A stretch of DNA of 60,580 bases, filler included, from Dugesia japonica (taxonomy: Eukaryota), in assembly GCA_001938525.1 (NCBI GenBank). It is 5 parts of 5 records of this genome, joined end to end, with 100 filler letters (N's around TTAATTAATTAA, not from the genome) between each part and the next. Parts side by side here need not be neighbours in the genome. Positions count along the whole stretch, not along the records: positions 1 to 10,457 come from MQRL01615572.1; positions 10,558 to 26,217 come from MQRL01644866.1; 3 more parts are not named here. One strand, written 5' to 3'. A model generated the notes under the pieces. The model made no database searches and was not told the origin of the DNA. It was given only the letters and a program-made list of their open reading frames with translations. The translations under genes and the position numbers were made by a program. Numbering within the stretch: the first letter of the stretch is position 1; the number at the start of each line of letters is the position of its first letter. This document shows, piece by piece, positions 1-14,547 of this stretch.

Positions 1-700
1 AAAAAAAAACATTTCAACAGCTTCTAAAAATTAGAAATTGAAATCACAAAGGTACCATAAACAATTTTCCTCAAAACAATTACATCATAATTCTAAAACA
101 AGCCTCATATGTGAGTTGTGATTAATTTACTCATCACTTCTAAGCCGTGCCAGTCATTTAGAGAAATAGAAAATTTCTACTCTGTAAGGTGCAGTTGTTG
201 TTTGTCTGTAATCCATTTTCTCTCCAAGTGTATATTTATAATGACTTAACTCACATATGATAATAATCAAATATCTTTCTAAGGAAATACGATCTACCAA
301 CAGCTGGTATATTGATAAATGACGGTTTTCTCCAAACTATTTCAAGTTTTCCTTTTCATTTTAAATAATTTAAATAATTCCACAAGTAATCTATGAGCTT
401 AATTAAATTTTCACTTTAAATATTTTTTTTTAAAAAAATAAAAAAAATTCGAATTTTTTTTTAAAAGAAAATTAACAAGAATTTTAATGTTTTTAAAATA
501 TAATTAAAATGAAATCAATAAAAATTGCAAGTTTATTTTTACTTTAATTAAATTAATTTTTAAACAGTAATTAAAAATATTTTCAATGTAAGAAAAGTTA
601 ACAAATAGAAATTAATGTGTTAATTATTTTTTTATTACTATATATTTTAATTTAAGCTGGAAGATGGTCAAAGTCTATTAGGCATGATTGCTTAGAATCT

Positions 701-1110
701 AAGTGGTGGCCAACCCAAATGATCTTAAGGGCAAGCACTTTGGAAATGCATTATAACTCCGCGGACCGCATATAAAATTATAACCTCATATTTAGACCCA
801 TTTTAGACATTTTTTTGGAGTGAAAAATTGTAACATAATGAGTTATTATTATTGTGTTTACTATTATTCTTACATGCAAACTACATTTAAATTACAAATT
901 GTTTTTGTGTAATTTATTGAAATTTTAGACGCATATTTAAATAATTAATTTTTACATAGATTTCTAAAATTTTTAATAAACATGTGATGGTTCATCGCAC
1001 ATTGGTTTTCACTACTTTACTTTAATAAAATAAATATATTTTGTAAAAGTGTGATGAATCTCGCGGGCCGGAAAAATGTTCACGACGGGTTGAGTGTGTG
1101 CCATACATGG
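701..1110. mobile_element. Possible degenerate non-autonomous hAT-like element (MITE)
   Basis: GC-rich ends in AT-rich DNA (AGTGGTGGCCAACC...CCGCGGACCGCAT at left; CTCGCGGGCCGG...GTGTGCCATACATGG at right) resemble hAT/Charlie termini; no clean TIR or TSD. Confidence 0.3.
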
Positions 1111-1605
1111 CTTAGATGTTATAAATATGACAAATTGTGTTAAAACTATTTTTGTTTTGTTTATATTTAAATACACCTCGGACATTTTCGGTAACCTCTC
1201 AATTTATAATATAGATAAAACATAATATAGACAACCAAATTTTAATTCAGAACTTTATATAAGCAATCTACTTATCCTAATTTAATTAATTACTATCCCA
1301 TCTCACAGACATATTACTCCTTTTAAAGTCTATATAATCTTAGTTCATTAAAGAAAATAAAAATGCATTAAAATTTATATGATTGACACTGAAATGACAG
1401 AATCTATAGTCGTTTACAAACTTGTTCATTTTTTCAATGTTTCCATTTCAAATACAGAAACAATTTTTTCAGAAAATTTCTACAATATATATTTTTTAGT
1501 TAATAATTTCTACAATAAAATATTTTTAAAAATAAATTATGTCAAACAGTTTTAGNNNNNNNNNNNNNNNNNNNNNNNNNNNNNNNNNNNNNNNNNNNNN
1601 NNNNN

Positions 1606-1673
<68 letters not shown>
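1606..1673. repeat. (TTA)n microsatellite
   Basis: Perfect trinucleotide run next to an N-gap. Confidence 0.95.
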
Positions 1674-1674
<1 letters not shown>

Positions 1675-1675
<1 letters not shown>

Positions 1676-1860
1676 GGAACATATCAAACAGAAAGAAAGT
1701 GAAGTCTTCAAACGATTTCAACACAAACATAAAATTTTACTAGAACAACATCACATAACATGAAAAACATTATAAACAGGTTNCATTTCTACAATTCACA
1801 TGAAGAAACATGAAGAAATATTGATCAAAGAAGATAAATCTAACATCAATCTAATTTATA
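1675..1860 (+). pseudogene. Possible GIY-YIG endonuclease remnant (Penelope-like)
   Basis: IKEHIKQKESEVF resembles the KEHxxxxxSxV helix of PLE GIY-YIG domains; heavily degraded. Confidence 0.3.
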
Positions 1861-2802
1861 ATAAATTATTTTGATTTAAAATTAGATTAAATTAAAATTA
1901 TCCAATAAAATGCAAACGATTTTGTAAAATTTTCTAATATTGTTTAACCAATAGAAAAGTTGAATTCTTGAAGAAGACAATAGTTGAAAATTCTGATTAT
2001 CACCAATAAAAAAACTAAAATGAAACAAAAACAATATTTTAATTGAAGCTATTCCAAACATCCATTACAACCCATAATTCTTTTCGAAATTAAATGACAT
2101 CAATTGGAATAGACTTAAAGTTTTTATATTTAGAACATTTTTTAAAAATAAAAAAAAACGTTTCTTTTAAACTGGAACACATATGCGTCGCTGGGGCATA
2201 GATAAGAATTGTACGTTGTAGCTTATCCGTCATATATATGTGACACATTAAATTAGAATGAAATTTATGATTGAAAAAAACATAATAAATACAATTTTTT
2301 AAAGTGAAATACATTTATATATTATATATTATTTTGCATGATAAATCTTAAATATTTGTCAACGCATAGTTTAATTAGTTTTCCCTTATTCGTTTTACAA
2401 ACTTCACTATTATCATTGTTAAGGTTGCTATAATTATCTTTTAACCAGAAATTATCACTAATAATTGAAATTGACGAGTTAATCATTTCGGCACTGTCCA
2501 TAAAAGAAAAATGATCAGTTTGATCTAATATATCTACATAGTATTCCATGTCTTCACCATTGGAGTAAAAGATGCATATTTTCTTCATTTTGGAATTTCT
2601 TACGAAAATTAAATAATTTTCTAGAGACATATTTCTACCGATCTATTCAATTATTGTAGAAACTTCAATCTAATAATCTGAAATTATCGCAGACAAAGCA
2701 CATTCTTTATATATTTCACTGTTTTAAAATTTAATAATTCTATTCAAAACACAACACGTTTCAACATGTCTTCATAAATTGACCAGATTCATCTATCACA
2801 TA

Positions 2803-3238
2803 TTATGATGTATAGGTAATAGCATTCAATGCATCACTATCCACTACAGATTGTCGATGTTCTCTCAGCTTATTCTCCAAACTGAGGTCACCATCACAAA
2901 ACTTGTGGAAACATTTTTGGCATTTGCGACCATCAAGTACTTCACCGTAAACATTGCAGATATTTTTGGTGACAACAGTAGCATTTGATCCGCGTTTAAA
3001 CACATACAGCATACAATGGCGAATATGATTGTCATTTGGGAAATTTTCAATCATCTTTAAATACGATAAATTAAAATATTATATATATAAATTTTAATTA
3101 CTATATGTAGTTGACATCGGGCTTTAATTTCAAATTGATTTTGCTTATTATTTAAAAAAATAAATGAAATAAACAATATCAAAATAATGGTATTAAATAT
3201 TATTAAAAGAAACAAACTTTCAATTTGAAAACCCTAAT
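2803..3238 (-). mobile_element. Mariner transposon 5' fragment (TIR + N-terminal HTH)
   Basis: ORF 2803-3054 HIRHCMLYVFKRGSNAT...NICNVYGE...CQKCFHKFCDGDLSLEN matches the mariner N-terminal HTH; TATTAGGG-type end on the minus strand at about 3238. Confidence 0.8.
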
Positions 3239-5551
3239 ACATGTGACAATGGGCTTTGATAAAAAAACCGATGTGTCACAAAAACGAAATAAAAATACAA
3301 TCAAATTTGTTTAAATTTTAAAGAAGGTTCATTTATTTTTTATTAACCGTAATGTTACTTTGTAATTAAAAAATTAAATTAAAATTAATTAAAAATTAAA
3401 TAGAACAATTTCACATTTTAACTTTATATGCTTTATTTATATACTCTTATTAAATGAACAAAAAGTAATTTAAGAATTATTTTTAAAATTGTTTTACAGT
3501 TTTGTTTAATAAATAACATTCAATTGAACCAAGTTCTAAGAAAAACAAAGTTTTTATGAAAGCAATGTCTTTTAAAAGTTTGAGACCCATTTGTCAATTT
3601 CATGATTTCATTCATAATTTGTACTACATATATTGAGTTAATTGTGTAACAATAGTACTAATAAATTGGTTTCCGTTGCATTTTTAGATGACTTGTAATA
3701 AGGTGGAATATCCAGTAAATCTGGTATTTTCTAAATAATTATTTACGTTGACTACAACATAATTATAAGCACCGTTTGAAAAACTTTCATTCGTCCACTT
3801 TAAATGTATATCAAAAATTGAAAGATAAAAGTTTCAACAAACAAATTATATTAATAAACGAAACGTTTTTTGTATATACGTAGTGTTATGTTTATAATGA
3901 AATTATTCGTTTGAAAATATTTAAATTATAAGAAATATCGTAGATTACTTGTTATAATGTTTAATTTAATCACCAGAAAACCAGAAATCAAAGTTTAAAC
4001 TTCACTTTTCATTGCATTATTATAAAATTTATTATTTTCATTTTGATAATTTTCATTGATAAAATTATTTAACGATTATGTTAAAATTATAAATACAATT
4101 TAAAAATTTTGTTTAAAATAAAAAGTGTCTTATAAGTCTTAGTGATTATAAAAATTAATATTGTATTTATCATAATAAATCAAAATAAATAATATTGTTA
4201 ATATTATAATTTTACAATAATAATTATTGCGAAAATGATGGTTGCAATTAACCAGTGATCGTGTTTGGGAGTTGTGGACCCTCTCTTTAAACATGATAAA
4301 AGAGAAAAGAACATTGCATAGATATCTATTATTAAAAAATATTCGATTTTATTATTTTATTTTAACTTGAATTTATCATTAATCATAAACTTGACTTAAG
4401 TGGGGTTTTATAGAAAAAATTTAGTATAATAGTATTTAGTACTAATGAAGTAGTCATTAATTTAGTAGTAAAATCATAACAATGGGAGGCAGACTTAGTT
4501 AAGGGTANAGTGGGTTTAACTTAGTCACGCTACACGATTTAGTTAAATAATTAGAAACGAAATAGTAATGATATATTTACTTAGGCTGTAATAATAGTTA
4601 TGTAATAGCATATCCCAAATAAAAAAAAGTCTATCTAAACCATTAATACTCGCTTAATAATTTATTTATTAGTTTATAAAATACATACAAAATTATTATT
4701 CTGAAGACTATGCTGCATTTCCTTAATTAATTGCTTGAATTGAGACATGAATTTTGACAAAGCAGCCCGCATATCATGCTCAATATTTAAAAGAATTCAA
4801 TTTTTGTTTAAATCATCACAAATGTGGAAAATCCGGCCTCTCAAAGATACACTGGAGTAAACAGATATATAGCTCTTATAGCTCGTTTTACAATTTACGA
4901 ATTAAAATTTATGTCAGCAGACCCCAAAATGTTATCCATGGACTACATGTTAAAAACAATATTTTGATTGAATGTTTTAATTAAATGAAATATTAAAATT
5001 ATTATTATTTTTAAAAAAATTTAATTTGTGTGCTCTCTAATCAAAGACACAAATATGTTTCTTGTATTTCTTCATTCATCCCAATAAAGGTTATTTTAAA
5101 TTTTAAATTCTTTGTTTTTGTATTTTGTTTTTACTAATTTTCCATGTAAATTGAAATATATATTTTTGGTTTCAAATGATTTCATAAAAAAAACGAACTA
5201 AAATAACTTAATATAAAACCAATTATTTGCTGAGTGTCGTTTTGAAACTTGATCGATGATGTAATTTTCAATTATTTTTTATCTACATTTTTAATTGTCA
5301 TAATTTACCTGCGGATGTATTTTCCCTCACTGAATTGACAGTTACTAATTGAAAATAAAATAAAATGAAATTATTGTGAATTATATGAGTTAAAATTGTT
5401 GTATTATCAATTATTTGTTAAATAATCTGTTTAAATTTGTACTTGAAATAATAATATTTTGTTTCGTTAAGCATTAATATTATGATATCTTATTTACATT
5501 ATAATTAAATATAGAATTTTGCTGTTTTTAAATGTATATTATTTTATATTA

Positions 5552-6040
5552 CAGTGCCGTAACAATGATGTAAAGCGCCTGTAGCAAGTGTCTAACTTTC
5601 GCCTCCTCGTCAAATAATTACAAAAATTAACAGTTGTAATTTAAGTTAAAATTTAGCAAATGCATTTTATTAAACATTATTAACCTTAGCAAAATACGTT
5701 TCTTGTGCATAAATTAATACATTTGTCAAGATATTTGTATGAATAAATAATCTATAATCTAAATAAAATAAAGTCTTTATTCCTATTCAATGACGACAAC
5801 ATAAAAGAAATACAAAAGATAAGTATATGCTAAAGTAATATAATAAAAACTTAAAACCTTTCAGCATATTTAATAAATAATTTTTCTCGATTTTTCATTT
5901 GCAAACACATCTATTATATATTCATAATTTAATGTTTCTGCAACATCTTTTTCAATTGATGTTATATACATGTTGGTTAATTAATATTGTCCAATAGAAA
6001 AACGAAGGCATGATTTTATAATTTTAAATTGAAAGTGCTT
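5552..6040 (-). mobile_element. hAT transposon 3' remnant (dimerisation domain + terminus)
   Basis: Minus strand KIIKSCLRFSIGQ...SIEKDVAETLNYEYIIDVFANEKSRK is a typical hAT C-terminus; CAGTGCCGTAAC terminus at 5552. Confidence 0.65.
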
Positions 6041-6779
6041 TGCCAATTTTTCTGTTACAATGAAGTATATATACATTTGTTCGTGTTGAGTTCAATGTCA
6101 ACATTGTTCCCGGCGAGAAGTGCCAAGTGTGCTATCAAATAAAATAGAAATAAATTGTTTTTTGAATATTTGAAATGATATGCTGTCTAATATTATTTTA
6201 TATTATATTACATTAGATTTAATATTAACTCAGTAGTTTTACATAAAGATTCGATATTTACTGATGTTTACAATTTAAAATCAGGTAATATTTTTTTTAA
6301 AAAAAAAATATGAAGTTTTATTTGAGATTATTATCAACATTTCTAAAATTGCTATTTTCAATAATTTTTTTACTTTCTGATGATTTTTTTCAAAGAAGAT
6401 CAAATAAAAGCGAAAAATAATAATAAAATAATTAATATTATTAATATAATGAAACAAAAAAATATTCATCTAATTTTCTTTAAAATGTGAAATAAAAATT
6501 AATTTTCTTCAAATTAAATAAGAATTAGAAATACCAGGATTTTTACAGGAAATTTGAAGCCTGGATAATAAACAGCTGTACTTTTTTTCGACTGCTTTCC
6601 ACAATTTCTCAACGATCGATAAGGTCATGTGACTAGCAGAAGAGTAATTTGATAAATTGTGATGAGTTATAATGACTCTAAATAAAGAATATAAATAAAG
6701 AACTACAATATTATTTATAGAAATAGAATAAATATTTGCTGAAAGGATAAACACTGTTAAAGACAATACCTATTTTATG

Positions 6780-6892
6780 GTAATAATAATAATAATATCA
6801 ATAATAATAATAATATCAATAATAATATTAATAATAATAATANNNNNNNNNNNNNNNNNNNNNNNNNNNNNNNNNNNNNNNNNNNNNNNNNN

Positions 6893-6949
<57 letters not shown>

Positions 6950-6995
6950 TGTAATAATAATATAATAATACTAATAATTGTAATAATACTATAAT
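6780..6995. repeat. (AAT)n microsatellite
   Basis: Trinucleotide run spanning an N-gap. Confidence 0.95.
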
Positions 6996-7924
6996 AATAT
7001 GAGTAATCAATAATAAAATTTATTATGTAATAAATTAAATATGATTTTATAGACAATTTATAGACAAAGATATTGTAATTTGCCTATTTAAGTTAGTCAA
7101 CGATTGTTAGAATTTCTTCTTTAATCAGAAGATTGAAAAGTTTTTCCTCATTGATACTTTCTCTAATAATCTCAATGAATCTTCATTGACTGTTCTCAAA
7201 CATTCAAATAAAAACAGTAATTCCTTCTTGAGGAATGATCATAATTTAGAATATCAATTTGCTCTGAATCATAGATCTTACGACGTCTAGTCAAATCAAG
7301 TTAANNNNNNNNNNNNNNNNNNNNNNNNNNNNNNNNNNNNNNNNNNNNNNNNNNNNNNNNNNNNNNNNNNNNNNNNNNNNNNNNNAAATAAATTAATATC
7401 TTTTCTGGATCTTTCTTCTAAAATTGGTATCAATATCAGTCCATCCAGTTCAAGTAAAAATTCTCTCTCACGTCATCAAAGACTCAGTAACAATACTCTT
7501 ATATTTTCCATATATTACAATTCTGAACTTAAATATCGAGAATGTTCTGACTGAATATATTTGTAAAACCAGAAATACAAAACCCAAAAGGTTCAACAAT
7601 ACCAATCACTTCAAACATCAGAGTGTCAATATGGATTTCTCACTGTTCAAAATATGTTTTGGAGCTTATCTAATCAAATTCTAAAATTGCTGTCTCTCCT
7701 TCAAAAGAAGACCTCGAAAATCTTTTCAAAATCAGATCTTCTGATCCTCTTTCTATTTATTGGAATGTTTTGCCACACATTTGATGTAATCCTAGTTCCA
7801 ACTAATCGTATCACCAAATCCATGTCAAACAGCAGTTCAGAAATCAGTAACATCACTTACAGAGATATCAAGTTTTGTGACCCAAAATCCTCACTTATCT
7901 GCCTTCTCTTTAAAAAAGATCATT

Positions 7925-8380
7925 AGGTAAGGCAAAATTCCAAAACGCTGGAAATCATATTCAACTTTCATGATACCAAACCCTGACAGAGAAGGACAGT
8001 ACAATAAATTAGGGGCTTGGTGTCTTATAACTCTATTGGAATGCATGTATAAGATCATTACTGCACACCTAAGTCGTCAAATTGATGAAAGGAAAGATGA
8101 AAATCAACTTTATTTCCTTCTTTAAAAAGAAACCAAAAAACCAGAAAGCTACACTGAACATAATAACATCCTCAAGTCTATGCTTAAAAATACGGTTCAA
8201 ATAAAAACCTACACATCGCCTATCTTAAGATCTCAGATGCTTTCAGAAGTATACCAATAAATCACATAACAGGAATATTAAAACCCATTGGTATGAAGAG
8301 TCCTGCTACAAATTTCATCATTAGCATCTATGAAGGTTGTTCATCGTACTGCATCTGTTTAAATATTGTAGTTGGTTCTC
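7925..8380 (+). pseudogene. Non-LTR retrotransposon reverse transcriptase fragment
   Basis: Degraded motifs GKIPKRWKS, WCLITLLECMYKIITAHL (WRPIxL..YK) and LHIAYLKISDAFRSIP (LDxxxAFxSxP); many stops and frameshifts. Confidence 0.6.
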
Positions 8381-10501
8381 CCAGTTATTCAAAACTTAAT
8401 GATGGTCAATAAATGCCTAATGGGAGAAAGGCTGAATGGTATTTACCCTCAGGAAAAGCCTATTGATTATGGAAAAATATCGATTGATTGGAGTCTCATA
8501 AGATATAAAATACTCGATGATAACCTCGCGGATTCTATCAATTCAACAAATCATTAAACAAGTGACTTGATTCCATCAAAGGATATTGCTAAATAATATG
8601 AGAATCACATATCATGAATCATTTTTTGTTTGTATTTTAGTTTAGTGAGAAGCTGTAATGGAAACGAGAAGTTGTGCTTTAGCACGTGTAAATGTTTTGA
8701 TACATAAATATATCATTGTACTTCTCGGTGAAGTCGCTAAAACGATTACAAATTTTCCATAAGGAAAAATTAAATATTAATCTGAATTTCATTTGTGGCA
8801 TGTATAGTTTAGTTATTTTTAACCAATTCCGCTTTGAATGATGTTACATCGTACTACTCAAAGATTTTTGGGAAATAAAATAAAAATTGATCATTACAAA
8901 ATTTTCAATAGGTTGCAATAAATATTTACATGGTTCTAAACAAAAAATTTATTTAAACAAGAAATTAGATTTCCAAAGATTACGCCACTCATGATGTCAT
9001 CAGGCAATTATCTAATCAAATTATAACTATCTCGTAGTCATAACGCAATTCTAAAGGTTTTGTATTCTGAAACACGAATGACGTAATGAGAGTCAACATT
9101 TTCAAAAATAAAGTAACACATAGACAACGCAACAAAAAGACGTCTGACACAATAACTACGTACTTTTACTAAGTACGCAAAAAATGATATTCATTAAATA
9201 ATCCTTGTATGCAAATACATACATAACATCAATACAAATTAAAATTTCAAAACAGAATTGACAGCTGAAGAGTGATCCATTGCGTTCATATCTACATACG
9301 TATTCACAATCTAAGCTCTAGGTACCGTTATTAATATCTTACAAATAATAACAGTATCAACACCAAAATAAAAGTATAAAGTAATAATAAAAATTATAAT
9401 TATATTATNNNNNNNNNNNNNNNNNNNNNNNNNNNNNNNNNNNNNNNNNNNNNNNNNNNNNNNNNNNNNNNNNNNNNNNNNNNNNNNNNNNNNNNNNNNN
9501 NNNNNNNNNNNNNNNNNNNNNNNNNNNNNNNNNNNNNNNNNNNNNNNNNNNNNNNNNNNNNNNNNNNNNNNNNNNNNNNNNNNNNNNNNNNNNNNNNNNN
9601 NNNNNNNNNNNNNNNNNNNNNNNNNNNNNNNNNNNNNNNNNNNNNNNNNNNNNNNNNNNNNNNNNNNNNNNNNNNNNNNNNNNNNCATTATTATTACCAT
9701 TATTACTTTTATTTTTATTATTATTACTATTATCATGATTATTTAAAAGTTTCTATAAAAAAAATAAATATTAATATACTCATTTCGTTAATTTATATTT
9801 TTATCCAGACAAAACAATTATTATAAAATTAACACAATAATTTTACAATTAATTATTTATTATTTTAATTTGGTTTATCCTTATATGTTTTCATTTTAAT
9901 TATCAATTGATCGATTTATTTTCTCCAGACTAAAACAAATTAAATTTTTGATAATAAATATTAATTATTATAAATGAAACTAATATAACAACTCACAACT
10001 AAATTCAAACAGCATTTGCTTTGAGTTACTTTCAACAAAATTTGTCATAGACATTTACAATTAGTGTCAAACTTAATTAATTTTTTTTATTTTTTAATTA
10101 ATAGTTTATGCTGGTAAAACAAATCATAATCTTTTTCTAGAAATTATCTATTTTTGTCTTGCTAAATATTTATAATTATAAAATCTCTTGAAATTACTTG
10201 AAACATTTTAAAAGAGCCATAATTACAGATAAGATTTTGAGATCAAAGAAATAACTGAAAAAAATAATTAGGTTAAATTTTTTTGAATAATTGCATGTAT
10301 TGAGAATTGAAATTATAAATGAATAATAATTACTGTTATAGTATCGTTATAATTGTCATAATAATTATCATTATAGATAATACATTATTTTTAATATTAA
10401 TATTTCAAGATTAATAATAATAATATTACTATAATAATATTAGTAATAATACTACTANNNNNNNNNNNNNNNNNNNNNNNNNNNNNNNNNNNNNNNNNNN
10501 N

Positions 10502-10513
10502 TTAATTAATTAA
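10502..10513. other. Artificial scaffold linker TTAATTAATTAA (also 26262-26273, 35522-35533, 51506-51517)
   Basis: Identical 12-mer with stops in all six frames, embedded in N-runs four times. Confidence 0.9.
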
Positions 10514-10579
10514 NNNNNNNNNNNNNNNNNNNNNNNNNNNNNNNNNNNNNNNNNNNNTATATATATATATATATATATA

Positions 10580-10945
10580 AGTATATGTCTAAAGACCCCA
10601 ATTCACTCAGGGTTATGTGAAATATTAACTGTCAAATGTTTTATGTCAAATATTTTATGTCAAAGGTTTTATGTCAAATTTTTTGTGTGAAATATTAACT
10701 GAAAAATGTTTTATGTCAAATGTTTTATGAGAATGTTTATTGTCAAATGTTTTTATGAGAATTTTTTATGAGAATGTTTTATGAGAATGTTTTGTGTGAA
10801 ATATTAACTGCCAAATGTTTTATGTCAAATGTTTTATACCAAATGTTTTATGTCAAATATTTCAACTGAGAATGTTTTATACCAAATGTTTTATACCAAA
10901 TGTTTTAACTGAGAAATATCAACTGAGAAATATCAAATGAGAAAT
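10580..10945 (+). repeat. Left TIR of Polinton 1 (array of ~14-bp AAATGTTTTATRYC units plus AACTGAGAAATAT units)
   Basis: Reverse complement of the array at 25808-26217. Confidence 0.9.
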
Positions 10946-11022
10946 TTAAGAGGAAAAAACTTAAGAGGAAAACAATATGCACTATTAAATTTTTTATAAT
11001 AAAAAAGAAGAAAAAATATAAA

Positions 11023-14000
11023 ATGTCTTCATTAAAATGTCCTAATTGTGATAGAATTTTTTTAAATCAACGTGGTTTAAATTCACATATACAATCTAAA
11101 AAATGTGTAAATATAAATTCAAATGATTATCTAACATGTGTAATTTGCAATAAAAAATTTAAAACTCAAGCTGGTTTAAATGTTCACAAGAAAAAAACTA
11201 AATGTGATAGTATTATTTTATATTGTGAATTTTGCGATAAACATTTTGAAACTGAAGAATTAATAAATGAACATAAACTAACTAATAAACGACATTTGTT
11301 ATTAGTTAAAAAAACAGATAGAAATCGGAAAACAAAACCAAAACATATTAAAGAAGTTTTTAATGAACAAACATATCCAGATCATTATATTGATATTTTA
11401 TTAAATAGTAGATTATTAATGGTAAAAGATGTTGAAGATCTAAGATTAACTACAATGGAATTAATAAGACCAGAAATAGAAGAAATTGTTAGAAAGTTTT
11501 TTACGTTAGGATATAAATTTTATTTTAAAATGGGAGTTAGTTGTGAATATAACAAAGAAAGTAAAATAGCGACGTTTTATTCTTACAATAGTAATAGAAA
11601 AATTTATACAAAAGCATCAATATCTAAAAAATTATATCAAACGTTTGAACAGGTAGAAAATTATATGCGAAATAAATATTTTAATGAATCTAATTGGAAT
11701 TTAAGTCATATAATTGATTATAGATTACAATTAAAAAAATATAATTCATTAATAAAAGCTGGTGCTTTTAGTTATTGTGAATTACCAGATAGCATAACAA
11801 AAAATAGAAATGGAATTATTAATATTAAAAACTTTGATGATAAATGTTTATTATATTCAGTTCTTGCACATTAACATATTTTTCATAATGCTAGAAGAGT
11901 AAATAATTATATTCCATATTTAAAAGATTTAAAAACTGAAGGAATGAATTTTCCAGCAGAAATTGGTGATATAAAGATATTTGAAAAGTTAAATAATTTT
12001 AAAATAAAGGTTTTTGAATAAAATTTAAAATTTAAAATTACACCAATTCGTATTAAACATTTTGATGTTGCACCAAATCCGGAAGAAAATAAATGTAATT
12101 TATTAATTTATAAAAGCCATTTTATATTAGTTAGAAATGTACAAGTTTTATTTAATGTTAAACATGGTAATCAATTATGTCTTGGATGTATGAATATTTA
12201 TTCAAGTAAAAACGTTTTATTAAAACATCAAGAAGAATGTATTCATCATAAATCATTGAGTGTTAAATTTCCTATTCAAGAATACTTCGAATTTCAAAAT
12301 CATTATTTTAAAAATAAAATACCATTTGATACCACACAAAAGAAAATAATATCCAAGAACCAATAAGATTAGGAATATATTTCAAATCAGATTATCCTGA
12401 TTTAATGGAAAGTGATTATTATTATTCCACAGGTGATAATGTAATTAATGAATTTATAGACTTTCTTGAAAATATTAATAATAAATTTAATGAGTTAAAT
12501 AAATAATATACAAATACATATCCAGCCTTCGTCAAAAACACAAAATGTTATTATTGTGAAAAACCAATCGTTGAAAATCCAATTAAAGATTATAATTACT
12601 TCACAGGTGAATTTCGTGGTTACACACATACAAAATGTAAACAATTAAAAAAAGAAAATTTATTTATATCATGTTACTTTCATAATGCAATGGGATATGA
12701 CAATCATTTATTTTTTAGACAACTTTTATATAATCATCCAAAAGGAATAAAAAATATAATTCCACATTCTGACGATCAATATATTTCATTTCACTATAAA
12801 AGTATTAGATTTCTAGATTCTTTAAAAATATGTAAAACTACAGTTGAAAAAATGGGTGAAACATTAGCTAAATCAGGAAATCATGAAATATTAACATCTT
12901 ATGATTTAAAACCTAAAAAAGCAAGTTTTCCATATGATTATGGTAAAGCAAACAGTGCAACAGAAGCTGAAGAATTATTAAAATCAAATAGAATGCCAAC
13001 ACAAAAATGATTTCTTTAGCAAATTAAGACAAAAAGGAATAACTGACAATGAACATGATGAGTTTTTAATAGATTATTTAAACTTTGAAAATATGTGGGA
13101 TTACATGTTACACTATATGAAACTTGATGTTTTAATTTTAGCAGATTACGTAGAAAATTTTAGAAATATTTATTTAGAGTTTTATAAAATTGATCCATGT
13201 TATTGTTTTTCAGCATCAGGTTTAACATGGCAGCTGGAATGAGATTTACATAAGTTAAATTGAAATATGCAAAATCAGAAACTTATGATACATTTTTAAA
13301 ATTTGAACGTTGAGTTAGAGGTGGAGAAGAAGGTGAACGCCAAGTATTTTCATATGATAAATTTCGTGATTTAAGTAGAAGGTTAATGTCAACTCCAGAA
13401 ATGAATTATTTATGTGAAGTTGATCTTGATTATCCAAGAGAAATTCATGATAGAACTAAATATTTTCCATTAGCACCTGACAGAATAGTTATTGCAGAAG
13501 ATATGTTAAGTAATTATCAAAAATCATTTAATATAAAACCAATGAATCAATTTGACAAGAAAAATTATATAATCCTAGGTTCAGCATTAGATTTATATCT
13601 TTCTTTAGGAATGAAAATAAAAAAGATACATTGTAAATATAAAATGTCAACAATTCCATGGTTAAAAGATTACATACTTTTTAATATCAACCAAAGAAAT
13701 ATAGCAAAAAGAAATAATGATGAATTTTGCGTATCTTTCTTTAAAGATATGAATAATTCATTTTATGGAAAAACACTTGAAAATATTAGAAATAAATGTA
13801 ACGTTCGTATTGTAGGAACTGATAGAGAATATCAAAATCTTATATCAAAACCAACATATTTAAGTTGTAAAAGTTTCAAATTACATCCTGAAATTTCATC
13901 TCACATTGGAGCAGTTCATTTAACAAAAACAAATTTAAAATATGATAAATTTTCATATTTAGGTTTTTAAATTCTTGAATATGCAAAAAAAGTAATGTAC

Positions 14001-14543
14001 AATTTTGTATATAACCGATTGGAATCAGCAGTTGAACAAGAAAATTATAAAATTCATTATTCAGACATGGACAGTGTATTTGTAGAGATAACTTGTAATG
14101 ATAATTTAGAAAAATTTAATAGTTTAACTGGAAATGATTTATTTCAGATGAAAGATGAAATGCCAAATAATACAATTCTTAAATGTGCTTTCATAAAACC
14201 AAAATCATATGCTTATGAATATTCCGATAATAATAAAGAGATAAAACTTTATAAAAAACATAAAGGTGTTTAATCTTTCAATAAAATTGGAATGAAAGAT
14301 TTTGATTCAATATTAAATGATCCAAAGAAAATAATTTATGGAACAAATTATTCATTAAAATCAGAATTACATGAAATTCAATTAGTTGAACAAAAAAAGA
14401 TAGCATTAACAGGATATAGCGATAAAAGAATTATTGAAGATAATGTAACTAGAACATGGCCACATGGAAATCAATTTAATTGTGAAAATTGTGAAGATTG
14501 GCATTTTAGATTAGATTTAATAAATCATAAAATTTTACATTAA
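11023..14543 (+). pseudogene. polB: Protein-primed family B DNA polymerase with N-terminal zinc fingers
   Basis: Three zinc-finger-like motifs; IINIKNFDDKCLLYSVLAH; FHNAMGYDNH; RFLDSL; FPYDY; YMKLDVLILAD; KDMNNSFYGKT (motif B); YSDMDS (motif C); KPKSYAY; DKR...TWPHG; several stops and frameshifts. Confidence 0.95.
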
Positions 14544-14547
14544 TAAA

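Noticed and set aside
1526-1763. Poly-Ile/Asn ORFs (also 6775-7056, 9311-9736)
   Set aside because: Microsatellite and N-gap read-through
8380-8750. Cys-rich tail resembling some integrase/transposase C-termini
   Set aside because: Too degraded to support a call
10614-10945. CRISPR-like appearance of the repeat array
   Set aside because: Short tandem units without unique spacers, mirrored at the other end of the element; eukaryotic context, no cas genes
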